A DNA stretch of 64,000 nucleotides, from the NCBI RefSeq assembly GCF_002105155.1, contig NW_019028980.1, forward strand, positions 1,674,001 through 1,738,000, given 5' to 3'. Shown here in pieces: positions 12,728-24,693 of this stretch; positions within the stretch are counted from its first letter, which is position 1; every line of letters begins with the position of its first letter. This stretch comes from Lobosporangium transversale (lineage: Eukaryota). Made by a program: the position numbers and the translations under genes. The notes under the pieces were generated by a model that made no database searches, was not told the origin of the DNA, and saw nothing but the letters and a program-made list of their open reading frames with translations.

Positions 12728-14845
12728 TCATGGTTCCCAAGATATAAATTTTATATTATTTTGTGATGTTGTTGGACTACTTAGCTCTTTGCGCTTTCGT
12801 GAAGACCGAGATGTCAGTTTCTCTTTTCTAGGGTGCTCCTGCGGTTGTTCCTGCGGTGGCTCGTGCTCTTGTAGTCCTTCTTGCAATGGTTGTTGACATT
12901 GCAGTGGTTGTCTGAGCAGCAACTGATTCAGCGGCGGCTGTAACAGCAGTTGCTGCGTTGGTGGATTACTCAAAATTGCTTGCAATATCTGTTGCAAAAG
13001 TAGTTGCTGTTGTTCCAGTGGTTGTTGCAACTCTGATAGCTTGCAACAATGGCATTCTTGGTGCTGTAGAGGCCCTAATGCATCCCATGGTATTAACTGC
13101 TTCAGCGGTGGTTGTCGTATTAGATGATGGACTTTTTGCGACTTGAGTAGCGCCTCCAGTCCTTGAATTGTGCTAAATTGCCCATATTGTCTTTCCTGCT
13201 GATGCTCAAGCAAATGATGCACTTGCTGTATTGGCTTTGCCTCCGCATCTTGTACTGATGGACGACTCGCTGCTCTTGATTGTGTTCTCCTTGCCATGAT
13301 GTCCGTCTTCAGATCAACAATCATGTCATCCAGAGTTTTTATATGATCCTGCTTAATGGAGAGCCATGGAATGACAGATTGAACTGACTCAGACGGTTTT
13401 ATCCTCGCGACTTTTCCAGCAAGTGTTTTGATCATTTTGTTTGACATGATACATTCGAGGCTTACAAAGAGAGAACGACCTTCGTATTGCTCCTTGAAAA
13501 TGTTATACCGCCATGTTTCAATTGCCTTTACTATCACCTTCCGCTCCGCTTCAGTGAATGATACTTTCGGAAGTATACTACCAGAGTCGCTTGTATCTGC
13601 CGCAACTAATCCATGTAAAGATTCCTCTGTTGATGGAAGAGAAGGATTACAGATGTCACAACACCTTGAAATAACTTTATGTTGGTTCCCGAAAAAGTTA
13701 TTAAGGAGCTCGCGGCGACAACCTGTAGTTTTGACATATTCAACAATATCTTTATCCACATTACCTCTAGAATTACTATTGGATGCCGGGACAAGAAGGA
13801 TGCCATCCCCTTCTAGATCAGGGTTGCGTGCTGCACGACCAAGTCTCTGAATCAGGGTTGGCAGATTTTTAGGATATCCGTACTGAATGACTCTGATAAC
13901 ATCATTCATGTCGCAACCCATGCCAGCGGCCTCTGTGGACATGAGGACTTGTATTTCGTTGTTTTTAAAATCAGACATTCTTATCTTCTTTAGGGGATCT
14001 GACTTCATCGAGTGATATACTGCGACTTGACGACAGCCTATGAGCTCACCAACGTGTCGAGCTGCTGCTTCCGCCTGTCGAATTTCATCAAAATAGACAA
14101 TTGTCTTGATGCCATCTTTCAGAAATTCGAGATCTTGGTAGGAGGACGCTTTGTATCGTAGTTGCTTTACATGAAGCTGGATATTAGTCCGATCGTTACC
14201 ATAGTTAAATATAACAGGATTACTAAAATGAAGCGTCTTCAAAACTTCAGAGAGAAGCACTGGGGGCAATGTGGCGGAGACGGCCACAAAGCAGGTTGAA
14301 GGAGACACTTTTGCGCGTAAGTGCCCGAGCTTCGCATAGTCAGTTCTAAATTGTCCTCCCCAAGTCCCAATACAATGGGCCTCATCCACCACCACCGCTC
14401 TTAATCGGTTCTTCCATTCAGGGATGCTCCAAAGTGAGCTCACACGAGGGTTCTGAAAAATTATCTCAGGCGACATAAACACAGCGCGGTACTTTCCCTT
14501 AACCAGATCACTGACTGAAAACTCTGTTCCTTTCTTCAGATGGATGTTTGGGATACCAGATAAGTCGAGTTTTTCCGACTGTTCATCTCCTAGCGCTCTC
14601 AGCGGCGTGATAATGACTATAATCTCTTTCGGCCACAGAACTAGTGGAAGAAAATACACCAACGTCTTGCCCCACCCTGTACCAGCAATCAAAATATAAT
14701 CTTGATGGCGTCCAATTGTCTCCACAACTTCAAGTTGCTCCTTTCTTGGGTAAAACTTGAAGGTATCATAGCATCTCTGACCAACATCATCAGGTAGGAT
14801 GGAATATTCGCTTGCTGGGTTTGCTGGAGTACCAGTAGCTGACAT
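12728..14845 (-). CDS. RecQ-like superfamily 2 DNA helicase, transposon-encoded, 705 aa
   Basis: Motif I AGTGWGKT, motif II VVDEAHCI, motif III SAT, motif V STEAAGMGCD, motif VI QRLGRAAR, RecQ-type Zn site CRR...CCDIC, and a Q-rich tail. Confidence 0.92.
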   Translation of the reverse strand: MSATGTPANPASEYSILPDDVGQRCYDTFKFYPRKEQLEVVETIGRHQDYILIAGTGWGKTLVYFLPLVLWPKEIIVIITPLRALGDEQSEKLDLSGIPNIHLKKGTEFSVSDLVKGKYRAVFMSPEIIFQNPRVSSLWSIPEWKNRLRAVVVDEAHCIGTWGGQFRTDYAKLGHLRAKVSPSTCFVAVSATLPPVLLSEVLKTLHFSNPVIFNYGNDRTNIQLHVKQLRYKASSYQDLEFLKDGIKTIVYFDEIRQAEAAARHVGELIGCRQVAVYHSMKSDPLKKIRMSDFKNNEIQVLMSTEAAGMGCDMNDVIRVIQYGYPKNLPTLIQRLGRAARNPDLEGDGILLVPASNSNSRGNVDKDIVEYVKTTGCRRELLNNFFGNQHKVISRCCDICNPSLPSTEESLHGLVAADTSDSGSILPKVSFTEAERKVIVKAIETWRYNIFKEQYEGRSLFVSLECIMSNKMIKTLAGKVARIKPSESVQSVIPWLSIKQDHIKTLDDMIVDLKTDIMARRTQSRAASRPSVQDAEAKPIQQVHHLLEHQQERQYGQFSTIQGLEALLKSQKVHHLIRQPPLKQLIPWDALGPLQHQECHCCKLSELQQPLEQQQLLLQQILQAILSNPPTQQLLLQPPLNQLLLRQPLQCQQPLQEGLQEHEPPQEQPQEHPRKEKLTSRSSRKRKELSSPTTSQNNIKFISWEP

Positions 14846-14851
14846 TTGTTA

Positions 14852-15378
14852 ATGTTGCAAAATATTTTATTAATTTTTTTTTTGCAAATGTTAGAGAAAA
14901 CTACAGGTCGGTAATGAGTGTGTAGCAGGTGTGTAATGAGATTGCAATGGGAGCGCAATGAGAGTGAGAGAAGGGGTGAAGGCGAGGGGAAGAGTGAGGT
15001 GGTGAGGGAGAGAGAGAGGAAGAGGGAGAGGGAGAGGGAGAGGGAGAGGGAGAGGGAGAAGAAAGGTAAGAGAGAGAGAAAGAAAGATAAAAGTTAATGT
15101 TGAAAAGTATATGTGTATCCGATCTATATATGCCAGATTGACTCCATATAAGCATGAATGTGAGTTGCATGTGTTTTGTACGCTCTTCCATATGATTTTG
15201 ACTTTGAAAAAAAAAAAAATTCAAAAAATTTAAGTCGCCAGCTAATAGTCGACTTTTGATTCCAGCCTGAGAGAGAAGCATCTGCAAGAGCAAGCCACCA
15301 GTTGCCTTTTTAGGCACGCTTGCCTTGCAGCACGTGTAAACACACGTGCGCTTCGTCCTCAGGCTGGTGACGAGCCTA
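14852..15378 (-). repeat. Right terminal inverted repeat (527 bp)
   Basis: Reverse complement of 9796-10322; its inner edge is 6 nt upstream of the helicase ATG. Confidence 0.95.
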
Positions 15379-15502
15379 GGATTTTTAATTAAATAGGATA
15401 AAAATGTGATGAACAACTTTCCCTGTCTTCGGGACGAACTCAATTTAAAAAACCATCAGACTCGAGAAAAAGGAAAGGAGATCACCAACATTAACCAGCA
15501 CG

Positions 15503-17328
15503 ATGAAACTCCAGACATTTATCCTCGCGCTTACATTAGCGATTTCAGTACAGGTCCTTGCAGAGGTACATAATTTCAGGATTAATGGGAGAAAAAAAAA
15601 ACTTTTGTGACACTAGTTGACATCATATCAAGTGGAGAGGAAGCAGGGAAGGAAAGGGGAATTGATATGAGCGCGAAATGGAATGGACCAATGTATAATA
15701 TACAGCGGGCCCTTTTTTTTCCTTTGGTTTCTATAATCAGATATTGAGGGGATCCATATATATTTATAGCATGGATCATCAATTTGATGAATTAATACTA
15801 ATAGTATTTATTTATTTTCCTGACTTCTTTGTAGGAGGTGACGCTTGGAGTCTTTCACAAGTTGAGTGATCACGAATCGTTTGAGAAACGTGGGGAGATC
15901 CGCTTTGACGCAGAAGAATGGTTCGAGTTGAAGCAACAACGTGAGCAAGCTTCTGCATCGGCGACTCAATCTGCGAAATTAACATACCAGCAGAGGAAAG
16001 AATTGTTGAAGCAAAAACAAGAGCAAAAACAACAGCCAAATCAGAATCAGCAGCAGAAGCAGAATCAGCAATCATCGCCTATTATCTATCAAAATGTTCA
16101 AATTGATCCTGATAGCATGGCTCGTTTGGCTGAGGATTTCGTTCTTAATGTGCAAGCACCTGTCAAAGTACATGAGCTGGAACCTGAGCCTGAGGGACCC
16201 GAAGTGGATGAGGATGGACAATTTGTTGAAACTCAGGAAGAATTTGAGCAGAGGTTAGAGGAATGGAGGGCGCAGAATGAAGCACAAGAGAATGGAGGCT
16301 TGTCGACAAAGACCCCTGGAAGTTATGCATTCTATCAAATCAAGTTGAAAGATGAAACTACAGGCTGGGAGGCAATGTCGTCTATCAAGTCTGTAAGTCA
16401 TTCTACGTAAACCAACAGTATATATTATTGTGATTATGACTATGACTATTATTATTATTAGTGTTCTTTTTTTGTTTCTAGTATGGACGCGTCGTCTACG
16501 GATCTCTACAGCTTAAAAAATCATATGTATATGGCTCGTCATCTTTTGCTAACAATTTTTTTTTTTTTTTCCCTTTATGCTTGTCTAGTGTTTGTTAGTA
16601 GCCTCGAATTTCCAGGAGCAAATCACGTTGCATTTGGATAGTGATCGTGAGGTCTTTGCGTTTGATTATTACACCACTGCTAGTCGATGTGAAGACAAGG
16701 ACAAGCAGGAATTTTCTTTGACTTCCTTGGATCATTTCAAGGATGTGAAGATTGACTTTGCTACAGCTGTCTCTGGGCCCAAGTATGTGTCGTCATTTCT
16801 ACGATTCTTTACGAGTCTCAACAATGATCCGTATCTTTTTCTTTATTCCTATAACGGTGTAACAACGTGTGTCTATTTTTTTTTTTATCTCCCTTTATTC
16901 TCTTTATTCTGACTTTTTTTTCTTCCCCCTTTCTTTTACATGTTGGGGATACATTTCTTTCTTTTTTCTCTCTCCTTCCTTCCTTCCGTTAGGGCGCGTT
17001 ACGCTAAAGCTCAGGCCATCAAAATTGATTCCCAGACCGGTAAACCCGAAGTTGAAAAGACATTCTTCCAGAAGTATTGGTAAGCCTTTTTTTTTTTTTT
17101 TTTCTCTGTTTCTTGCGGCCATTGAATCCTCGGGTCGTGATCCGTTAGAACATTTGGGGGTGAATGAAGAAGGCGTAGAATGCCTAACTGAGACACGTTT
17201 TCTTTTTCTCGTCTTTTCGTTATTTGTTATGTAACGCTTTTTTTTTTTATCTCCGTAGGGTGTATATTGTACCAATAGTCCTTATGATGTTATTTACCGG
17301 AGGTGAACCGGAGAAAACCGCGGCATAG
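15503..17328 (+). CDS. EMC10: ER membrane protein complex subunit 10 (5 exons)
   Basis: Exons 15503-15565, 15835-16392, 16589-16782, 16993-17079 and 17259-17328. Signal peptide MKLQTFILALTLAISVQVLAE, SSIKSCLLVASNFQEQITLHLD, and C-terminal EKTFFQKYWVYIVPIVLMMLF transmembrane segment typical of EMC10. Confidence 0.8.
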
Positions 17329-17379
17329 AAAAGAGACAGAACGCGAAAGGGAATGCGGTTGATAACGTTTTTTGATTTT

Positions 17380-17412
<33 letters not shown>

Positions 17413-18297
17413 AGCCGCATAATGTGTCAAAGAACGCGTAGTAGAAATGGGGAATGGAAAGATTGGGCAAATTGCTTGACTCACGATAGTCAAGACAGAC
17501 ATACAAATTTTAGTTTTATTTTATTTTATTTTTATTTTTTTTTTTCTTTTTCTCAGGATAGATACCGGATATTGTATTAAAGAAAAAAAAAAAAAAAAAA
17601 AAAGAGAAGGCGAAAGAAGATTTATGAATTATGAATTAAGAATTAAGAACATAATACAACACAGCACCAATCATTGTCAACCTTTATCAATCATTGTATA
17701 GGATGTAAGAAAGAAAGAAAAAGAAAAAAAAAAAAAAAAAAAAAAAAAAAACTGCGCTGCTCCTTTTTTCTAATCATTTTATGATGATACTCCGAACGTA
17801 TGCATGCATGTAATTATTTACGACGTTAAAAGAAACATCGGAAGGAGGAAAAAAAAGTTGACGATGACGATTGTATGGTTTATTGAAGAAATCTAGAAGT
17901 ACAGTATACTGGAAATATTTTAAAAAGACAAGAACGTGCGCAAAGCCTAAAAAACGATAGATTCTAAAAAAAGACACAAAGGAAAGGAAAGGAAAGGAAA
18001 GGAAAGAAAAAGGAAGGGTGGGAAAATGCCGTAAAGGGGACGTGCGGGGATTGGATCTGGGCGTCTTTTTCTCTTTTGGGTCTGGCTCTCTCCTTTCGAT
18101 TCTTTCCATGATGCATGGACTAAGAAGAAACATGGATCCAATAATGCGGTTTTTTTTTTTCTCTTGTGTCGTCCTGGGAAAAAGGAATTTTCTTAAACTC
18201 CGTTCGTTATTCAATGTTGTCTTTTTTTTGTATTATGCGGGGTCGTGTTGTTGATTTGCGTTACAATATTTTTTTTTCTGCTCTGTTGCGTCTTTGT

Positions 18298-19068
18298 TTA
18301 CTTGTGGAAACGGAAGAAGGTAGACTTCTTCTTCAATTCGCGCTTTGAAAGCTTCTGTTTGTTCTTCTTTTTCCTGTCTTCCTTTGACATCTTGTGTTTA
18401 GCATGATTAGCATTTTTAGGACCACTGGTCGAGATTTTTTGATCCTCAGCCATATCAGTATCCTCAGCTAATGAATGATACACAAAGAACAAAAAAAGAT
18501 AATTAGTGAATATTGACGTAAAAAAAAAAAAAGCGCTGATACATGGATGAGTTTTAAAATATCCTTTGTGCCTGAGCCATGACCACAAGTCCTTTCAGCA
18601 GCTGACTGCATGGTCGCACGGAACCATAAAAAAAAAAGGTCTGTCCCCAAAAAAAAAAAAAAATAAGGCAAACTTCGATGCAGTTCCAAACAAGGAATCC
18701 CAGACGGATATGAACCTCCCCAAATAAACAAAAAGTAATGAATCCATTTGAAAGCAAAGCAGCATTCAATTCTACTCAATAATTCTTTCAAATAGAAAAA
18801 ACTCTTGTAACTACTTTCTAAGAGATCGATTGGTTCGTTAGATAAGAGAGTAGGCCTTTTTTCTTTTGTTTTTCTTACTCTTCTCGACTTGCATCGGTTC
18901 CTCGCCTCGAGCAATAGCCTCAAGCTCAGAAGTCTTTGGGCCTTGAGCATCCTTCTTCAAGCGTTCAGCCAAACGGTGAACACGAGCAGTTTCTACAGGA
19001 CCAAAAACAGTTTCACGCTTGATAGCACGGAATTTGCGAGCGGACTTTGACCTGAGACCTTTAGCCAT
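18298..19068 (-). CDS. Small basic DUF2423/YBL028C-like (probably nucleolar) protein (2 exons)
   Basis: Exons 19068-18879 and 18467-18298. N-terminus MAKGLRSKSARKFRAIKRETVFGPVETARVHRLAERL, a KISTSG motif and a Lys-rich C-terminus. Confidence 0.75.
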
Positions 19069-19421
19069 TGTGAATGAGTGAATGAATGTGTATGATGGGG
19101 TTAAAGGTAGGAAGGGTTGATGAAGAAAAGCTAAAAAAAAAAAAAAAAAAAAAAAAAAGCCTTGTTTTTGTTTGTTTACTTTTTACTCTCTCTGTCTCTT
19201 GGATTGAAAAGGAAATGATTGCGTACGTAGCCATACATTGTACGTGCAAAAGCTTATAAAAAGGGTCACATTTCCCCTCAAAGTCAGAAAAAAAATCATC
19301 ATCATTCACTCAAAGCTTCTTTTCATAAGCAATATAAGCCCAACTTTCCCACCTTTCAAGCAAAAAAAAAAAAAAAAAAAAATCTTCTAACCCTCTCTCA
19401 AATTTACCCTAAAAAAAAAAA

Positions 19422-20054
19422 ATGAAGTTCATCACCCTTGTCGCTGCTCTCCTCGTCTCTGCTGCTGCTGTCTCTGCTGCTGCTATCCCTGTCCATGTCA
19501 AGGATGCTGTCGCTCTTCAGGAGGAGCAGATCCAACCTCAGAACCCCGCTGGCGAGCCTGCTCGTACGTATCTTATTAATTTTATTTGTCTCTTTTGCCA
19601 CGTATGCATCATGAATCACTAAATCTGATATCACGCGTATATCTTTTTACTTTTATTTTTATTAATAATAATAAAAAATAGCCACTTCCTTCAAGTCTTA
19701 CATCGTGGTCTTCAAGTCGACTGTTGCTGCTCAGTCTATCGAGAAGATCGAGCGTGAGGTTTCGTTCCTTGGTGGTAGAATTGTTCACCGCTACAACACT
19801 GTCCTCAAGGGTTTCTCTGCCTACATCCCTGGCTCCGTTGTCTCTGCTTTGAAGACCAACCCTGCGATTGACTACATTGAGGAGGATGGCACTGGTGAGT
19901 TTTCTCTTTGGAGAAAGAAAATCCCTACTGTCAAAATGGGGTTAAATGTATTTCTTTTTTTTTTTTTTTTTTTGCTATTATTACTGACACTGTCTTCGGT
20001 TTGCTATTACCTTTTTCTCCCTTTTTCTCCCTTTTTCTAGTCTCCGCCCTCTAA
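19422..20054 (+). CDS. Secreted peptidase inhibitor I9 (subtilisin propeptide-like) protein (3 exons)
   Basis: Exons 19422-19563, 19682-19894 and 20041-20054. Signal peptide, then SYIVVFK...GGRIVHRYNTVLKGFSA...IDYIEEDGTV, typical of the I9 domain. No catalytic domain follows. Confidence 0.85.
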
Positions 20055-21363
20055 AGAAAAAAAAAAAATCGTATTTTCTTTTATTGCATTTTGCATGGAC
20101 CGGTGGAGGGGGGACTTGTGTGTTCCATAACACCCTCCGCTCCCTCAAGTTTTCTTTTATATTTTTTTCTACTATTTTCATTAACACACTTCAATAGAGG
20201 GAGAACACAAAATACCACAAAGCATCACATACCATAGCATAATGCATTTTATCATATTTTCATAAAAAAAACTTTTTTTTTTTTAATTTCAACATTCATC
20301 TATCAATCCTTTTTATCAATAAAGCCTTCTTTTTCTTTTTATTACTTTTTATGATTAATGTGCAAAGCAACGCCGAGCAACATTTACTTTAAAGTCTTTA
20401 AAATTAAGTTCGCAAGCCAGGAATGCATGCGCCACGTTCCAAAAGGAACAAGTAAAGATAAAGATCATCGTGCCATAAACCGTTAACCACCCCTTTCTTT
20501 CCCATACCCTTCATGTAGCCTCCTAAATCATTTTTTCTCACATTTACCACTACAACTAACTCTTCCATCCATTCATTATTTCATTCCTTCCTTTTTGTTT
20601 TTAAAAAAGCCCTGATACTTTATCTTTATTATCTTCTTTTAGAGGAAAAAGAAGAAAAAATCATGCGACAGAGGAAGAAATGAGGAAAAAGTAGAGGGAG
20701 AGACTTAGTGTAGGTGGGGGAGAATTTTTTTTCTTTTTTAAAATTTGATTCCCTGATATGAAATACTCTCCTATTATCTATTTATTTATTTTTTTTCAAG
20801 CATAAGCATAAATGATAGGAAATTAGTGCGTCTGGATGTGCACGGAACCAGTTCTAAATGCCAACAACAGGCTTTTATGCGCACGGGGTTTAATTTAATG
20901 TGCTTTGGGGATATTAACGTGCCTCTATCTCCCTCTATTCTAATCATACCCTACCCAACCAATTGAGATTTATTGCTAGACCAGAGCACTTTTTAGTTCA
21001 TCTAATTGCACGATATGTACTTTAAAAAAGCATCTATCGCTTACCTGAATGGAAGGATATGTAATCTATCTTGTTCTTTCATTATCGGTGGATTATGACT
21101 ATTAGGAGATAGCAACTCAAGTTGGTATATTTAAGAGTAAACCTGCTAGGGAAGGATCTGCGAGGTGATCCAACTTTCTACTCTATTGCATCACAGAAAA
21201 GAGTGTATATCGTAAAAAGCAGACGAGGTTGAGCATTATCATGGAGAAACAGTTCAATGGCTCTTTACAAAGGACAGATGCATAGTTAATGGTTAGCTCT
21301 TTTATTGAACTGATCTGTGGTATTTCGCAACTATGAATGCACCACTTCTTGCTATTCTCTGAT

Positions 21364-22826
21364 TTATGCTGCCTCAAATTTGGGGATCGTAAGGTGGGAT
21401 CTATATGCTGATAATACGGCGTCCGAAACTAAGTGTTTCGCAGTGCCTTTAAAACCTGCAAATGTGAATGTGTTGCTCTCGCTTGTCAGGGAATCGTAGA
21501 TATCGGAATCGGTGAACGTGGTGGTGGCTCTCATAAAGTTATCACCCCGGGCCAAATTGACGTTCAGGAGCGTAATGGTTCCCTTCACGTCTTCATCAGC
21601 ATTGATCAAGTTGAATACAAGATCTCCCATTTTAATGCTAAGCTCCGAAGGGTTATGGACGTTAATCGTGTGTACTAGTGTGGTGACACCCGAATCAGCA
21701 TCCTTGGTGAGGCTCTCTAGCTTCACATGCTCTACTCTCTGAAGGTTATCCAAACCTCGCACAGTGACGGGGGCCGAAATACCGATGTTGGTGGCAGTAA
21801 GAGTCTTCGAGGAATCAGCACCATTGGACTCACTACCACTTGAAAGGCTAGGGACCTTATACCAAATATCAACATTCCCTCCGATGGCGAATGTATGCGA
21901 GGGTTTGGCAAACAGACTCGCAATAAAGTTGACGAATCCATCTTCATATCCTGGTACAGCCTTTAAAGGAGCTACTCCGACATTGGATTTGAGCATGCTG
22001 CCTTCGACCTCGGTAGGGGAGCTTGGAAACTCTGACATTCCGACTGCGACACCATTGTCCTTTTGTTGGAAAGAGAGAAAGAAGGAGGAAAAACTGTCAG
22101 CACTGCGATTCAACCTTTAGTCGCAGAGGATGTCAAGGTATGCAAGATAAGCTACTTACAATGATGTTATACTAAGAAGCCAAAGAGGAGAAAGAGTAAG
22201 AGGATATTAGTAGTTAGTACCTTTTCTTCTGTTGATCATGCAGGGTTCTTTGCAAAGAAGCAGACCATCCACTTACACGAGTAGCAAGCTTCTTAATAGG
22301 CCAGCTGATTCCAGGGATCGAGGCCAATTTTACTTGCAGATTCGGTAAGGTTAAAGGCATAGAAAATGGTTCAGTGCTTGTGAAATCGATATCGAAATCG
22401 CCAAGGCTAACCTCTCGGACAAAGCCGAAATCAGTCTATATGATGTTAAAGAAAAGAGAATTATAAATAACTCTATCAATATTGTATATACTCTACCTCA
22501 AAAAGGATTAATAACAAAAGGGAAGCAAAAGAAAAAATAACTTACCGCGGCAGCTGCAGCGCATTCTGGGGTCCAAGCATCTTCACCCTTCATGAAGGCA
22601 CTACAGTATGAATATATAACCATGATAAGTTTGCAAAGTAGTTTTTCCTTCAAGGTGATGGTATTTATCTATAAATCACAACTATAAAGACAGCAGACAT
22701 TTACCTCGCGAAACAACCAAAGACTTTGGTTCCATCGACAACTCTCTTGGACATCGATGGCATTGCCAGAGCAGTGGCAGTGAATGCAATAGCACTTGTA
22801 GCTAGGACTTGAGTAGAGACTTTCAT
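21364..22826 (-). CDS. Secreted DUF3712/LEA2-like protein, diverged copy 2 (5 exons)
   Basis: Exons 22826-22705, 22600-22546, 22435-22277, 22171-22160 (12 nt) and 22059-21364. The first four exons have the same lengths as in copy 1. The 5' exons are near-identical to copy 1 and the 3' exons are clearly diverged. Confidence 0.75.
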
Positions 22827-22947
22827 GGTTGAAGGAACTGTGCTTTTTGTTGTATTTGTTATCTTGATTGAAGGGTGGAATGTGGAGGGATATTTATATC
22901 AAAATCACAAAAGCTAAGAGTAACCAGATTCTAGTTTGTAAAGAAGG

Positions 22948-22983
<36 letters not shown>

Positions 22984-23706
22984 ACACATAAGAATAGAAT
23001 AGAATAGATTATAGAGCCACTTCTCCTCAGAACTGTAGCAATGCTACTTCAGTCATTTACATGTACATTCCGACTACTTACTGTTCCGACTCCTGGGCTG
23101 TTAATCTAAACTGGCTTAAAGTAACAACTTTTATATGAAATTCCATAGTTCTAGCCAAATTGAGCACAGCAGTGGCAGAGATGCCACTCTCATTTCAGTT
23201 ACCCCTTTGCGTTTAACCCTTGAGTGATAGGCTGTTTTGCTCCATATCAGGGTGTTAAGGTATTACCATTGGTCAAAATAGTTCTCGATCTCACCAATAT
23301 ACTATCCCCGGACAGAATCAACTCCATTTCACCCAAGACGGCATTCTTAGTTCTGAATGGAGGGGGACAATTACGGTATCTACTCTACTTATCGCAATGT
23401 CCCCAACCTCATAGTTAACCAGCTCGTACTCGAGGCGTGTAGACCTTTGAAGCTATTATACAACCCCTCCATTGTCAAAAATAATGGTAATATGACTTCT
23501 TTTTAACTGCTCAAAGAATGGATGGCTAGCAGAAATACGGATATCTCGATCGCATATACACATTGCTAACAACAGTTTAGGATATAGCTTAAAAAAAGAG
23601 TAGAAATAAAAATGAAAAAGTATGGGATATCTTCATCTTAAAGCCGTAAGCATTTGTAGCCGGTCCAATGCTTTCTAGGCATGAACACTGACTTACTCTG
23701 AAGCAT

Positions 23707-24693
23707 TTAGGCATCAATGCTTCGGTTAACGTGATCCTTAGGAGCTTGATTCATTAAACTTCTGAGATACAGAGCATCAACGTATCCTTGGGAGCTTGTC
23801 TTTTGATAGCACTCGAGAGCTATCGAATAGTCTTTTGGTACTGCTTTATTGTGTTCGTACATATAGCCTAGGTAATACTGAGCGGTGTCATGCCCTTGCT
23901 TTGCTGTATTGAGATGCCAGTCAACGACAATGGAATAATCCTGAGAAGCTTCTTTGCATTGAGTGTGCATGTAGCCTAGGTCACTCTGAGCGGTGGTCTT
24001 ATCTTGATTGACTGCCTTAAGCCAGTCAGTGGCAATCACATAGTCTTGTGGAACTTTGGCCATATGCGTACATGTAGCCTAGATTACTCTGAGCATCAGT
24101 ATCCCCTTGGTTGGCTACTTTAGACATCAGTCAACAGCAATCGAAAAGTCCTGTGTAACCCTTTTGCCTCAAGCGTATATGTGGCCTAGATTGCTCCGAG
24201 CGATGACATTTGCTTCTCAGCCGTCTTGAAGAGCCAGTCTGTCGCATATTTAGTCTAATTGCATATGAACATCAACACGTACAGACGTACAAGAGGGGCT
24301 ATTTATGACTTCTTGGAACTACAGCCTTAATACTATAGTTCACTCAGTATTGGGATGGTTGTGTCCACATCAAATATCATTGAACATCAAAGCGACTGAT
24401 ATCACATTATGAGGAGTGCCAGCAGTAGACATTCACCACTATCATCAGGAGTATCATTATTTTTGCTGTCCTTATTATTCAAAACTATCGCTCATGAGAA
24501 AGGATAGAGTCGCTTTGCCTTTCTTTATATGGACTGCATCTTTGTAAGCAGACACAATGCCATACCAGCAGATGATATACCATTGTGTTTGACGGTCATA
24601 CCGAGGCTCAATATTGTAAGTCTGACACTGGGATTGGTGGCCATCCAAATTGACAAGACGAAATACCTGAAGTTTTCCCTCAATTGATGCCAT
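23707..24693 (-). pseudogene. SEL1-repeat pseudogene with internal deletion
   Basis: Same exon 1 and same GT>AT donor mutation as 7076-8767. The linker and first repeats are deleted near 24350, and the remaining repeats are degenerate. Confidence 0.85.

Larger units (their letters stand above)
9796..15378. mobile_element. Autonomous AcademH-type DNA transposon (transposase plus RecQ-like helicase)
   Basis: Termini TAGGCTCGTCACCAGCCTGAGG...CCTCAGGCTGGTGACGAGCCTA. 9-bp TSD GGATTTTTA at 9787-9795 and 15379-15387. 527-bp TIRs. Two intact convergent ORFs. This architecture matches the AcademH lineage of the Academ superfamily. Confidence 0.93.

Noticed and set aside
12728..14845. Host RecQ/Sgs1 gene, or a Helitron
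   Set aside because: It is intronless and lies between TIRs with a TSD. Helitrons use an HUH Rep plus a PIF1-type SF1 helicase and make no TSD.
18560..18725. TPP riboswitch-like words (GTGCCTGAG, TGAACCT) on the plus strand
   Set aside because: They are antisense to the host gene and the downstream conserved aptamer core is missing.
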